From a virus (taxonomy: Duplodnaviria > Caudoviricetes): 64,000 nt of DNA. The notes under the pieces were generated by a model that had not been told where the DNA came from, did not search any database, and worked only from the letters and a program-made list of their open reading frames with translations. Of this stretch, positions 47,584-59,700 are shown in pieces. Numbering within the stretch: position 1 is the stretch's first letter; each line of letters begins with the position of its first letter. The stretch covers positions 16,402 through 80,401 of the IMG/VR virus record IMGVR_UViG_3300031992_000072. One strand, written 5' to 3'. The position numbers were made by a program, and so were the translations under genes.

Positions 47584-48363
47584 ATGGCTACTTACATTCC
47601 TGAGTTTCAGGGCTATATCGCTGACGTACCGCGGATGTGGTTTAAACGCTGCGATGGGCGGATGTTCTATTTCGATGAACTGACCGCTGCTACCGTTACT
47701 CCTAACGTACAGTACACTGAAATCAATGCTGGTTGGTCTCTGTTCCCAGTTGCTTACTTACCGGGTCAGTCCACCTTTGAAATGCAGTGTACTTCCGGTA
47801 AATTCGAAGCTGACCTGTTCGTTATGACGAACGCTACCAACTTCGTTGCCAATGCTAACTACGAAGTTCCGAAGACTGAAGTCCTGACTCTCGACGGTCA
47901 GAACGAGGTCGCTCTGGCAGAAGATCCGGTACCCGGCTCTGTGTCTATTGCTGGTATGGAAGAAACTGCTCAGAGTCCGACTGCAGGTTATTTCAAAGTT
48001 ACCGCTGCTGCTGGTGCAAATCCTGCAAAGATCACCTTCGCTGCGAGCGATGTTGAAGGTGGCAAGGTGGAAGTCAACTACTTCTATTACAAAGCGGCTC
48101 AGGAAGCCAACATCACCAACCAGAGCTCCGCTATGGGTGAAGCCGTTATGGTTTACCCGGTGTACGGCAACGGCGATGACTGCACCGATAGCTCTATTAT
48201 CGGTCATGTGTATGTACGTGTGTACAAGTGCCGTGTGACGGCTCAGCCTGGTTTCGATGCTTCTTACAAGACTGCCAACACCTTCCAGTTCACGGTTGCT
48301 GCTATGGACGCGAAGCGTGAAGACCAGGCTTGCTACTCCATTGCGTATATTAAGAACGCTTGA
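47584..48363 (+). CDS. Major tail (tube) protein
   Basis: 259 aa, high-expression codons, FQFTVAAMD-type C-terminus, followed by a terminator (about 48415-48450). Confidence 0.75.
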   Translation: MATYIPEFQGYIADVPRMWFKRCDGRMFYFDELTAATVTPNVQYTEINAGWSLFPVAYLPGQSTFEMQCTSGKFEADLFVMTNATNFVANANYEVPKTEVLTLDGQNEVALAEDPVPGSVSIAGMEETAQSPTAGYFKVTAAAGANPAKITFAASDVEGGKVEVNYFYYKAAQEANITNQSSAMGEAVMVYPVYGNGDDCTDSSIIGHVYVRVYKCRVTAQPGFDASYKTANTFQFTVAAMDAKREDQACYSIAYIKNA

Positions 48364-48471
48364 TTATAATCTTGCTTAAGGTTTTATATAAAGGTTACAG
48401 TAGGATTTAATCTTAGGGGAATACTGTAACAACAGTATTCCCCTTTTTTTTTACTTGAAGGGAGAAAGGTT

Positions 48472-49059
48472 ATGAATAAAATACCAACACCTAGTGAAGG
48501 CAAAGAATTGCCAACCAGCATAAGAGAAAAAATTGAAATGCCAAGCGAAACAAAACTGAATACAGAAAATCCAAGAGAATCTGCATTAAAAAACGATCAA
48601 CCAACAGAATCTCCAAAACGCACAGACAAACCTGCAGAATCTCCTGTTAAAGAGGAAACTCCAGAAGCTTCCCCAGAAAAGATCGAAAAACCCTCTGATG
48701 TTTTAGAAGAAAACTGTGTTATGGTCGGAAATAAAAAAATTGAATTAAAACCAACAAAACTCAAATATTTCAGAAATAAAGCCGCATCGGCATATGGAAT
48801 TATCAAAGCAGTTCCTTTGCATGAATTGTTAACTTATGGCAAAGGAATTATTGATGAAACAAGAGACGCTGATCAGTTGTTGTATGACTTTCTTGTTGCA
48901 GCTTTTGATGACAGAAATTTTGTAAGAGATAATTATGACGAACTTGATGCTGATACTATCGACAGAATATGTAAAATATTTGGTCGGTTGAATCACATAG
49001 ACGAAAAAGAAGAGCAAGCAAGAAAAAACAAGGAAGCCCAGGCGCAGGCGAAGCATTAA
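48472..49059 (+). CDS. Tail assembly chaperone G
   Basis: Lies between tube and tape measure; slippery heptamer A AAA AAC at 49023-49029. Confidence 0.7.
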   Translation: MNKIPTPSEGKELPTSIREKIEMPSETKLNTENPRESALKNDQPTESPKRTDKPAESPVKEETPEASPEKIEKPSDVLEENCVMVGNKKIELKPTKLKYFRNKAASAYGIIKAVPLHELLTYGKGIIDETRDADQLLYDFLVAAFDDRNFVRDNYDELDADTIDRICKIFGRLNHIDEKEEQARKNKEAQAQAKH

Positions 49060-49406
49060 GTTTAGACGAAGCAGCAGCTGCTGTAGCCGCTCACCTGGGC
49101 GAAGTAGACGAAAATAAAATCAACGATATGGCTTATATTTGGTTTAACAGTGTGTTAGAAGCACTTGGTAAGCGAATCAATTATGAGTCTATCTCTAATA
49201 TATACGGGAACTCGTTCGCAAAAGACTCTGCTAAAATTGTTCAAGCTGCTAATCCGCTTATCAAAACTGGCGGTGGAACTGGCGGTGGAATTATGGGTCT
49301 TACTGGACAAATCAAAATCATTGACAATAAAAACAAAGACAACGCAAAACAGGCGCTTAAAGCACAGCTTGGTGATATTAGCTGGGCTGAAGGACTGCCA
49401 ATATAA
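49023..49406 (+). CDS. Tail assembly chaperone T part (-1 frameshift extension)
   Basis: The -1 frame is open from the slippery site through EALSLDEAAAAVAAHL to the stop at 49406. Confidence 0.6.
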   Translation, partial: KKQGSPGAGEALSLDEAAAAVAAHLGEVDENKINDMAYIWFNSVLEALGKRINYESISNIYGNSFAKDSAKIVQAANPLIKTGGGTGGGIMGLTGQIKIIDNKNKDNAKQALKAQLGDISWAEGLPI

Positions 49407-49419
49407 GGAGTGAAGAAAA

Positions 49420-49917
49420 ATGAATGTAAATAATCAAAAGTATAAAATGTTTAAACTAATGAAGCAAGGATATGCAGAAGGAAATAAAAGTAATGTTGAA
49501 CAATGTGCTCATTGTTGGTTACAGCTTGAAGAAGTAAATCCTTTTGAGTATGGCACTCTTCCTTTTGAAGAATTTTTTCAAATGAAAAGATGTTATACAA
49601 TTTATAGTCGTCATGATATTGATCAGAAAATCAATCGGCGTAGAATGGTTGAGCACGCAATGAAATTATGCGAACTCAATCCTAAAAATCCTTATACGTT
49701 TGACAAAAAAGCCGAAGAAGAAGATCTTAAAATTGAAAAGGAAAAGTATGAAAAATCTTTAATTAAAGAAGAACCTAAGCAAATAGTTGAAAAAGTTGTT
49801 CTTGAAGAACCTATTACTGTTACAAACGCGCTTCCTGAGGAAAAAAAGAATTGGTTGAATTTTTTATTTCCGTGGAAAAAAGAAGGTGTCTCCAATGACA
49901 GTAAGGGAACTAATTGA
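49420..49917 (+). CDS. Hypothetical protein
   Basis: 165-aa ORF with RBS. Confidence 0.65.
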   Translation: MNVNNQKYKMFKLMKQGYAEGNKSNVEQCAHCWLQLEEVNPFEYGTLPFEEFFQMKRCYTIYSRHDIDQKINRRRMVEHAMKLCELNPKNPYTFDKKAEEEDLKIEKEKYEKSLIKEEPKQIVEKVVLEEPITVTNALPEEKKNWLNFLFPWKKEGVSNDSKGTN

Positions 49918-50053
49918 AGAACTTGAAGAATATCCAATGGATCTGCCCGTTGTATCTGTAGAAAAAGAAATTCATAATATAAGGCTTGTAGAATCTATGT
50001 ATTATCTTGATGAAATAGGATATACATCAGGGACTGCTGTAGAATTGGAGTGA
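49895..50053 (+). CDS. Small protein (MTVRELIEEL family)
   Basis: 52-aa ORF read by hand; paralogous to the next ORF. Confidence 0.55.
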   Translation: MTVRELIEELEEYPMDLPVVSVEKEIHNIRLVESMYYLDEIGYTSGTAVELE

Positions 50054-50058
50054 ATGTT

Positions 50059-50238
50059 ATGACGGTAAAAGAACTTATCGAAAATCTTAAAAAGCAACCA
50101 AGTGATGCTATAGTTATGTACCGCCATAATAAATACGGAAGAATTGACATAGATACAATACATTATTCGGAAGAAGAACTATTGTTTGGGTATAAGATAA
50201 AAACGGTTACATTTGAAGGAGAGTCAAAGGAGAATTGA
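50059..50238 (+). CDS. Small protein (MTVKELIENL family)
   Basis: Same N-terminal pattern as 49895-50053. Confidence 0.6.
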   Translation: MTVKELIENLKKQPSDAIVMYRHNKYGRIDIDTIHYSEEELLFGYKIKTVTFEGESKEN

Positions 50239-50239
50239 T

Positions 50240-50620
50240 ATGTTATATACAGAATTTATAAATAAAGCTATTAATGAAACCATTGTTGAAGCTGATAATG
50301 GATTATGGTATTTAGAGCCTTTATGGAGAAATATTTTACATGACAATGGTTTATTTTTTAATGATGTAAGTGACTTTGAAACAGAACCGGATATTGTTGA
50401 AGATGTTTTAAAATTAGAAGTTGAAAAACGTAACACAATCAATTCCAAGAAACCAGCAGTAATTGATTGGTTATATGATCTGATTACTACTCAGGTTGAG
50501 CCTACTATGCTTCAGGAAGAAACTGATTATATTAAACAAGTAATCGAATTCATGAAAACTAATCATGAACAGCAGAAATCAGACGAACAAATCGAGTGGG
50601 ATAAATTTAAAAACTCATAA
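50240..50620 (+). CDS. Hypothetical protein
   Basis: ATG at 50240 after AAGGAG; followed by hairpin AATACGGGAGTGCC/GGCACTCCCCTATT. Confidence 0.65.
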   Translation: MLYTEFINKAINETIVEADNGLWYLEPLWRNILHDNGLFFNDVSDFETEPDIVEDVLKLEVEKRNTINSKKPAVIDWLYDLITTQVEPTMLQEETDYIKQVIEFMKTNHEQQKSDEQIEWDKFKNS

Positions 50621-50767
50621 TAATACGGGGAGTGCCATTAAAGGCACTCCCCTATTTTTAATTTTGAAACTATCATGTTTTCAAATTTATTTTGTTGCAT
50701 GTTTATATAGATAATTAATTACTTAAAAAATATATTATACAAAAAACTATAAAGGAGGAATAAAGCT

Positions 50768-53700
50768 ATGAGTAATCCAACAATACAAATTGATCTCGAA
50801 GTTAATGGCGAAAAAGCATTACAATCAATAAGCAATTTTAAAAAAGATGCAGATGAAAAACTTTCTTCTATTGGGAAAATTGAAAAATCGTTTGCTCCGG
50901 CTGTTGAACAGTTAAATTCTGATAAATCATTATTAGGTTCTGGTGAAGCTTTTGATTCGTTTGCTAACTCAATAATGACTGCAAACAATGCAATTGCTCA
51001 AATGAGAAAAACGTTGAATAGTTTTTCTTCTTCTATTGATCTTGGAAACATTACAGACGGTATGACACGAATGTTTGAATCTGCATACCGCACAATGTTA
51101 TCAAGCATAAAAACATTAAATGCAGAAGTTGATAGAGGATTGTCAAAAGGTCCAAAAAACATTAACGCATATACGCAAGCTGAAAAATCAATAAAACTTG
51201 CCTCTGTGACTGGTCAGTCTGCTTCTGCCGACATGATTAGAATGTTAAGAATTGTCAACAACGCGCATCGTGAAACAGGATTAAATGCAGATCAGCTTGG
51301 CGAAATCATGCCAGCTCTTTCTTCTATTGTTAGAGCTAAAACGGACGAATATAGAAAAGCAACAAAATCTACTCCAAGATTAAGTGAATTAGCAAACTTT
51401 ATTGCAAATGAGGATATATTTAAAAATACAGTTGGATCATCTATTAAAGGATATAATCCTACGCAACAGCAACTTGCACAAATTGCAAAAGGAGCAATTG
51501 TTGCAACAAGAAGCAATGCATATAGAGATAATTTAGAGATTCTTAAAGCGGCTGGACTTAAAGGCAGCGAGTATCAATATGTAACAGATCAAATGCCTGA
51601 AGTATTTAAAAAAGCATATATTAATTACGGAAGACCGAATAGTTCAAAAGAAACAAATATTATCGCTAAAAATATAGGTAAACAAGCCGTAGATGAAGAA
51701 GTTTACAAAAAATTTATGCAGCTTGTTCGGAACGGAAACCAGCAAGCTATTAAGATTGGACAGGATGTAGGACTTGTACGTGCTAGAAACGGTTCTTATC
51801 AGTTTACTGGTAATGCAAGAAAAGCACAATTCGATACAATGGCTGGTATTGTTGCTCAAGTTGCTGGTGAAGCAAAGAGTTCTTTACCCTATCATTACAT
51901 TCAAAGAAACGATCAAACACAACAACAGAAACTATTAAACAGAAACAATAATATTTTTAACGATGCTCTTGAACTAATGGAAATTTTAAGCGGACAATCT
52001 GGACTTGATCCAAATGCTTATGGATACGTTCCGTTTGGTACAACAAGAGAATCTTTAAAGAATTATAGAGACTTGTTTGGTTTTGTTGGCTCTGGGAAAA
52101 ACTATAGACGCTTCAATAAAAATGCTCCTAAAATTCAAACGCTTGGTGTTGCTAATCAGTATGTTGTTCCTAAAACACATTTGGATCAAAATGGAAATCT
52201 TGTATGGAGAGATCCATCTTGGCAAAAGACAAATGGTGTTCAAGAGTCGAAAGATGATCAGTTTGCAACAATAGGTAACAGTGCTCTTACATATTTGCTT
52301 GGAATGCATGGGCACAATACATACGGATATGGGAGAACTGACGAAGGAGAAGCAAATTATCAAACACCAAAGGTTGTCAGAATAAGCACGTCACATTTAT
52401 ATAAACAAATAAGAGAAAAAAATGGGACAAGGATGATTGTAGATCCTGAAAAACAGACAGAAGCTGATCGCATTAATCGTCTTTTTGCTAGAAAAGAAAC
52501 AGCTCACTACACTCGTCCTGGCGAAAAAGAAAACGATGATAATGAATATATTGCTGCTATGGGTGATGCAGAATCACTTACAATGATTCGTAAAAAGGAT
52601 TATGATGCTATAGTAAGTAATTTTGCTAAATATGGTATGGCAAATCCATTTGATAACATGAACACAGGCGGTTTGTTTATATCTGGTGATTATAAAAATG
52701 CGGCAAAACAAATTGACTTGTCCAAGAAAAAGGCAACGCCAGGATTTCGTTATGCAGAATTAGGATATGCAAAATCTCCTTCTGCTGCTTTGGTAGACTT
52801 TGAGCAGTTATATGAATATCTTGGAATACCAAAAAACAATCAATTTATGCGTCAAAGTCAGCGTCTGGATGGTCTTGCTCTTTTTGATCCAAGCGTTCTT
52901 GGTGTCAATGCGCAGATGCGTGCTGGTATTGTTGGAAAATTTATGGGTCAAGCAACGGACTGGCGAAAATTATTATACGAATCTGGCATATTAGAAAGTG
53001 CATACAAAAAAGCAACAACTGGAGACAAAAGAAATTCAGGATTAATTGTTAAAAATGGAAGCAACGGTGTTCCTCAGGATTATTCTTTTTATATGCCTAT
53101 GGTTGGCTTAGAAAAAGAAGAAGCGCAATCATATATTGATAGAATAAATGAACTTCAAAGAAAAGCCAACAATGGACCTATTTCTGAAGATGAAAAAAAT
53201 GAGCTTGAACGAATCAGAAACACATATTTTTATGATATCATGGATAAAAAATATGATGCTCTGATTGCCGAATCTACGATAAAGAACAACGATAAGTATA
53301 GAATTATTTCAAAAAATGCTTTTACAAATAAAGATGGTTTATTTCGTGGAGAAAAATGGGTAAAAGATCGCGGAGATGGAACTGTTGAATTATCAGCAGA
53401 CCAACAACGCAGATATTTTGAAGCAGCTGTTAAAGAATCTGGTGGCTATTGGATTAACAAAACTGGATATGACTTTCGTACTGATAAAGATTTTATACCT
53501 GAATCTCTTGCAACAGCTATGGGTCTTGAAGTTGGGGATTTAAAAGATCAATCTAATGAAAATTATAACGAATACATTCATAAACTTGAGACAGATAAAA
53601 ATGCAAGAATAAACTTTTTAAATACAACAGCTTACGGAAGACGTCTTGTCCAAGAAGGGTTATATGACAGTGATCTTGCAGATAGGTTAATCAGATCACA

Positions 53701-56700
53701 CATTAATGATTATGCTTCTAAGCAACAACAAGGACACTTGTTTCTTCCTCAGTATGGGATAGATAATCTTTTAACTGGTGTTTTGCCTGGTTCTATATTT
53801 GGAAATATTTTTGAACAAGGTTTTGATGTAAAGGTTTCAGATAATAATGATTATAGAAAATTGTTTTCGTATCAAGGCGATGAAGATCGTGTATTTATGA
53901 AAACGTTAAACGGAAAACAACAAGAAGCGTTACGAAATAATGCAATAGCTGCAAAGCTTATGTTATCTCGTATGCCAGCTGGCCCTGGCGAATATGGGAT
54001 AGGCGTACAAAACTTGGGTGACATAGAAGCTATGCAGAAAGCTTTGGATGCACTTGGTGTTGATTATTCTGATACTATATTTACAGACCCAAGTCTTCAA
54101 TATAAATTAATGACAGGTGACTACGATGGAGATACTGCTTGGGTTATCAGAGGTTTAAACGACAATCAATTTGCTCGAATGCAACAAATTCAAGATTATG
54201 TACAACGAGCAAGAGAGAAAATAATGTCACAAATGGACACAGCTTCTCCAGAAGAAAAAAAAAGACTTGAAAATGACTTACAAGCTTTTACTAATTTTGG
54301 CGCTGATCACTTTACCGCTCAAATTGGTATGGGTCAAGCTACAGCTGCAATAAGAAACTCTCTCGCAGACTTGTCCGATAACGATCCTGATAAATGGATA
54401 GCGATAGCAGAAGCTATCGACGCATATGATAAAAATACTTCTGAAGCTATGAAAGAAGGCAAGATTGTAAATCTTGGTGTGCACGCTTCAAAACAAGCAA
54501 TGGAAGGTGGATTGTTCAGAAGGTTTATCAAACAGATTAACGCTTACGGGCAAGGCTCTGAAAACGCTCATCCAGACTTGTTTGCTACAAGACTTCCAGA
54601 AATTCAAGATACAGGAACATTATTCGATATTGTTTCTAACTTTAGAAATAAAAGAAATGGTAGCGATGTTGGTAAACGGTTTGGTAGTGATCTTGATAGT
54701 TGGTTGTTTGAACAGTATGGTTATTCAAATTCTTTTGAAGCGCAAGCTGCCAGAGCTTATGCTGATATGTTTAAAAACATAGAAGGTGGCATTCGTTTAA
54801 CTTCAAAAGACGATATTTCAAATGCGAGATTAATTGCGGTAAGATGGCAAAATTCTCTTGAAAAAGATAGAAAAGCAAACAGAGATCCTGAAGCTTTGGC
54901 AGAAGAACAACATCGTTTAAATCAGTTTGTCAAAAGACTTCACCAAGTAGAAACATCCGGTTCTTTGCATGAAGATTTTTTAGCACAAACAGAAGAACTG
55001 GAAAATGAAAGAACACGACTTATTAAATCTGGTGTTACTGAAGATGATAAAAGAATTATTGGTTTAGATAAGAAAATTGGATTATATAAAACTTTAACAT
55101 CTGATCTTTCTCTTCCTTTCCAAATCGCAAAAGAAAACTGGGAAACAGAACAAAAGGAAATGGACGAAGAAGTTCGCAAAAGATATGAAGCAAATCTTGC
55201 ATTAGCTAAGACAAATAATGTAAATATGACCAACGGTGTTATGGCTATGCTTGGACCTGCTTTGTCTACAGATTTAGTTAAAGCGGGCAAAATTAACTTT
55301 TCAGATGTAACTCCTTGGTTGTATGAAAATCTTGCTAAAGATCAATTTAGACTTAAAGGCATTGAAGGTTTTGAATTTAATGAGAATGGCGAAATGGTCA
55401 GAGACAAACTGCCAAAGAAAACTGTTGACTTTTTCCCATGGCCTCATAATGTTGAAGGTATTAAAAGTCAAAAAGCAGAAATTCTTGCAAGAGAAATGGA
55501 CACTCGCCATGAATGGGTCCCGGGTTATTCAGAATCTATTGCGACAATAATGGGTAAAATTCGACATGAATCTTTCGAAGAAGCATTGTTGCAATACGCA
55601 AAAGGCGAAACTGCTGATATCGCAAAGATTTATGAGGGAATGTTAACTGCTGCAGATAGCAGTACAAGCTCGCCATTTAGAAAATTAGGGTACTCTCTTA
55701 AAAGGGATGAAAAAACAGGAGTATATACGGTAGAAGGTGCAGATAATTCAATCAACGAAGGTATAAGAGGAGCCTTAGGAACATGGAATGAAAAGACTCA
55801 AAAATATGAAGGCGGCTCTCTTTCGAATTTGTATAATTATATTACTTCTAACGGATATCGTGTTGCCAACATAGAAGGTTTTAACATTAATAAAAAAGGC
55901 GAAAAAATGAATTCTAGGGAAACCGTACCAGATGATTACTTTGGTCGTGGTACAGTTCTTAGAACAAAGATAAAAAGCCCAACAGGAGAAGAAATCGATA
56001 AAGTTGGTACATTTGCTCCTGATTTAATTCTTCAGGGTAAAGATGGAAAGTACCATATGTTAGACTACAAATCTGGAGAACAAGGTGCTTATGATAGTCT
56101 TTACCAAATGATGATTTATGCAGCTGATATTCAGGAAAAAGTTCAGCAATTCAGAAATTCCGGACAAAGAGCAGAAGCTAAAAAACTTGGTTGGGATCAA
56201 TATCTTGACAATAAAGGAAATTTAAAATTTGGTAGTGTTTTTGGTTTTGATACGCAAGCCGGAAAAGGATATAAATTTTCATTTAGCCAAGATGCCGCAC
56301 AAGAATTATCTTCGAGATACAAAGAATCTATTCAGTCAAAATTGTTTGCAAGCGATGAAGAACTTGTTTCTGCTCAAAGACGCCTTGTTGCAGAAGTTGC
56401 TAAAAAGTACGGAATCGAACAAGAACATATCCAAAAGAAATCTACAGAAGAAGCAGTTCGTGGATTAACAAAAGATGATGCAAGAGGAAGTTGGTATTCT
56501 AATTATCTTGCCGATAAATTCAATAAAGACGAAGATACGTTAAGAGAAATTTCAAGCACAGGATATGCCGCAATTCGTCGCTATGGCGATAGAGAAGTTG
56601 GTGGATACAGCAAATATGCATCTTCTCGTAGAATGCTTGATGAAATGATTGATCCTGAAACGATAGATCAATTAATAGGACAAGCAAAAGAAAAAGGAGA

Positions 56701-59700
56701 TTCTGGGGCCATATTATCATTGCTTGAGTATCAACAAAAAATTAATAGAGCCAGAGAGACACTTAATCAAGGCGAACTTCTTGCTGCACAAAATTCTTTT
56801 AAGGATATTAACTCTTATATACAAGAACAATTTTTTGGCGTAAAAGAGTCAAAACCTTTAGCGGCTTTTAATGCTGTTAGAAAGCGTATTTTAGACGCTG
56901 AATCTATTCGTGAAGGCTTAAAAGAAAATAAAGATGTTTATGATGCTGTTAATCAAAAATGGCTCAATGATGAATATCGTGATGCGTATATTGAAGCTGG
57001 TAAAGATAAAGAAATAGCATTAGAAACATTTGATTCATTATTGCCAGATTTTAAAAACAGAGCCATAAAAGAAAATAATAAAAATTTACAAAAACTAATT
57101 TCAAATAACAATGAACCAACTGCTGAAGATGAAATTGAACAATATTATCAAAATAGATATGATGCTCTTGAGCAATATGTTAAACAACAAGAGCATGATC
57201 TTGATGAATACAGTAAAAAGCTTGCACAAAAAGACGATAAAGGACAACTTGTTTTAAAACACGGATCAAAAGCACGACAAATATTTGAAGAACTTAGAGA
57301 TAACAGTCACGATAATTTAATTGAAGCTTTTAATGCACTTAACAATACAAGCGCATTAGAAGAAGTTGCACGAACAGAATACGAAAAATCTATCGGCCTT
57401 GTTGGTGGAGAACGTGCTAAAAAAAGATCAGATAAACAAAGAGAATATTTAGATAAAATAAAAAAAGAATACGACGAAACTCGTGATGAAAATTTAAATC
57501 CTTTGCGCCAAGAATTATATGAAGCAGAACTTTCTGGAGATACTGAAAAATATAATAAAATACGAAAGAAACTTGATAAGATTTATAAAGATACTCCTCG
57601 TCGTAGAAAAAAGATGCAAGAATATGCTCAATTCGAAGAAGAGCAAAGAATGCAAAAAGAAATTGAAGACACAGAAGATCAGTTAAAAAGGGGTTCAATA
57701 GATAGATTATATTCCGGAAAAGGAATGTCTGAAGAAGATAGTATAAATGCAATATTCTTGCAGCGAAAAAAACAAGCACAAGAATATGCAGCAACTTTAG
57801 ACAAAGATGCAAGAGAAGAATTTTGGAAAACACATCAAGACGACACTCTTAAAGCGCAGATTAAACAAGAAATAACCGAAAGCAAGGAATTACAAGATCT
57901 TCAACGAGAAAATGCACGTCTTAATCTTGTTGATCAGGGTGATGTCCGTGTTCGTAATATGCGTCATCAATTTGATCGCCAAAACAGGCAACAGCAAATG
58001 CGCTATTCTCGTTCTCGTATTGTTCAGGCTATGTATGGGGCTGAACAACGCAGAGACGCTAAAGAACAAGAAATTCAAAATATTGAAGATCAACGTAAAT
58101 CCATACAAAGACAACAGAATTATTACGCAAAAGAACTTGAACTTGCAAAAAAATCAGGCGATGAAGAACGTATAAACAAAGCTCAATTTAATTATGACCA
58201 AACGGCACAACAACTTCAAAATTTAGACAAAGCCTCTAAAGAAGCTAAAGATCAGCTTGATCAATTAAATAACGGTGCTCAGACTGCTCAGGCTGTTTTC
58301 GGAGCATTTGGTCAAACGTTGGGCATGGTTGCTTCTCGTCTTGGTCGTCGCCTTTTCCAAAAGACTCTTCAAGAGACAAAACAGTTTATAAAACAATTTG
58401 ATGCTTCAATGAACGAAATCCAAACCATTACCCTTAAGTCAGATAAAGAAATGCAAGGAATTCGTTCTCAAACAATAAACAAAGCTCTTGGATTAAGGAC
58501 GTCCGTCTCTAACGTTTCTAATGTTGAAGCAGCACTTTACCGTCAGGGTTTAAGTGACCAGGAAGTTTCTGCTCGTACAGATTCTATTATAAAATTTGCC
58601 ACTGTTACCAAGCTTAATGTGCAAGAAGCAACAAAGATTATTACTACTGCTCTTCAAAACGACTTAGTAGCTTCTGCCAATGAAGCAATGGATGCATTGG
58701 TTGCTTTAGGCGATAACGCTGCAACAACTGCGGCTGAAATTGGTAAAGGTATGCAAAAAGCTGCAGCATCCGCTAAAGTTGCAGGCGTATCTTATGCAGA
58801 ACTTACCGCTCTTTTAACTATTGGCACATCTGATACGCAATTAAGCGGAACGCAAGTAGGTACTGCATTACAAACAGTGTTCTCTCGTATGAGAAGAATG
58901 TCTGTCAGTGGATGGACGGCTGATCAGAACGGCAAAAAAACAACTGCGAGTGACGCAGAAGCAGCATTAGCCTCTGTTGGTGTAGACCTCTGGGATAATA
59001 AAGCTATTGGCAAGATGCGCACTGCTTATGATGTGTTGCTTGACTTGTCTAAGGTATGGCAAAACTTAAGTGACGCTCAGAAGAACATTGTCATGAATGC
59101 AATGGCTGGCACTCGTCAAACAAATGTGTTCTCTACATTAATGGAGGGTATGTCTGAAGATAGCGGTGCTACGCTTGAAAAGTACTTAGGACTTGCTGAA
59201 GGTTCCGAAGGTATTACACAATCCAAGTATGAAATTGCTATGCAAAGTCTATCAGCCGCTATGGACAAGTTAAAAAGCTCGTGGGATGCGGTTGTAGAAA
59301 GTTTTACAAACGCTGGTGCAATTACTGGCGCTATTGATCTTATTTCTGGATTCTTACAGAAAATAGCTGATGTTGCATCTAGCGATACTGCTGGTCAAAT
59401 AGGATTGGTTACTGGTGCTATTATCTCTGGAATAGCTGGAATAGCTGCTACATGTATAGCAGCAAAAACAGCCGTTGCGCCCATTGCTAGTCTTATAGGT
59501 TTACTAATTGGTGGCGGAATAGCGATTGCTTCTGGATTAACTTTAAGTTCTTTGTTTGAAGGAAAATCTGAAGACGAACTTCTTGCTGAACAAAATCAAC
59601 AAGCATTAAGCAATATATCTTCTACTAGAAAGATTAATGATGCTACAGTTTCTGATGCGAACAAAGCAATCGATAAAGTTAAAGAGGCAGGTAAAGAATG

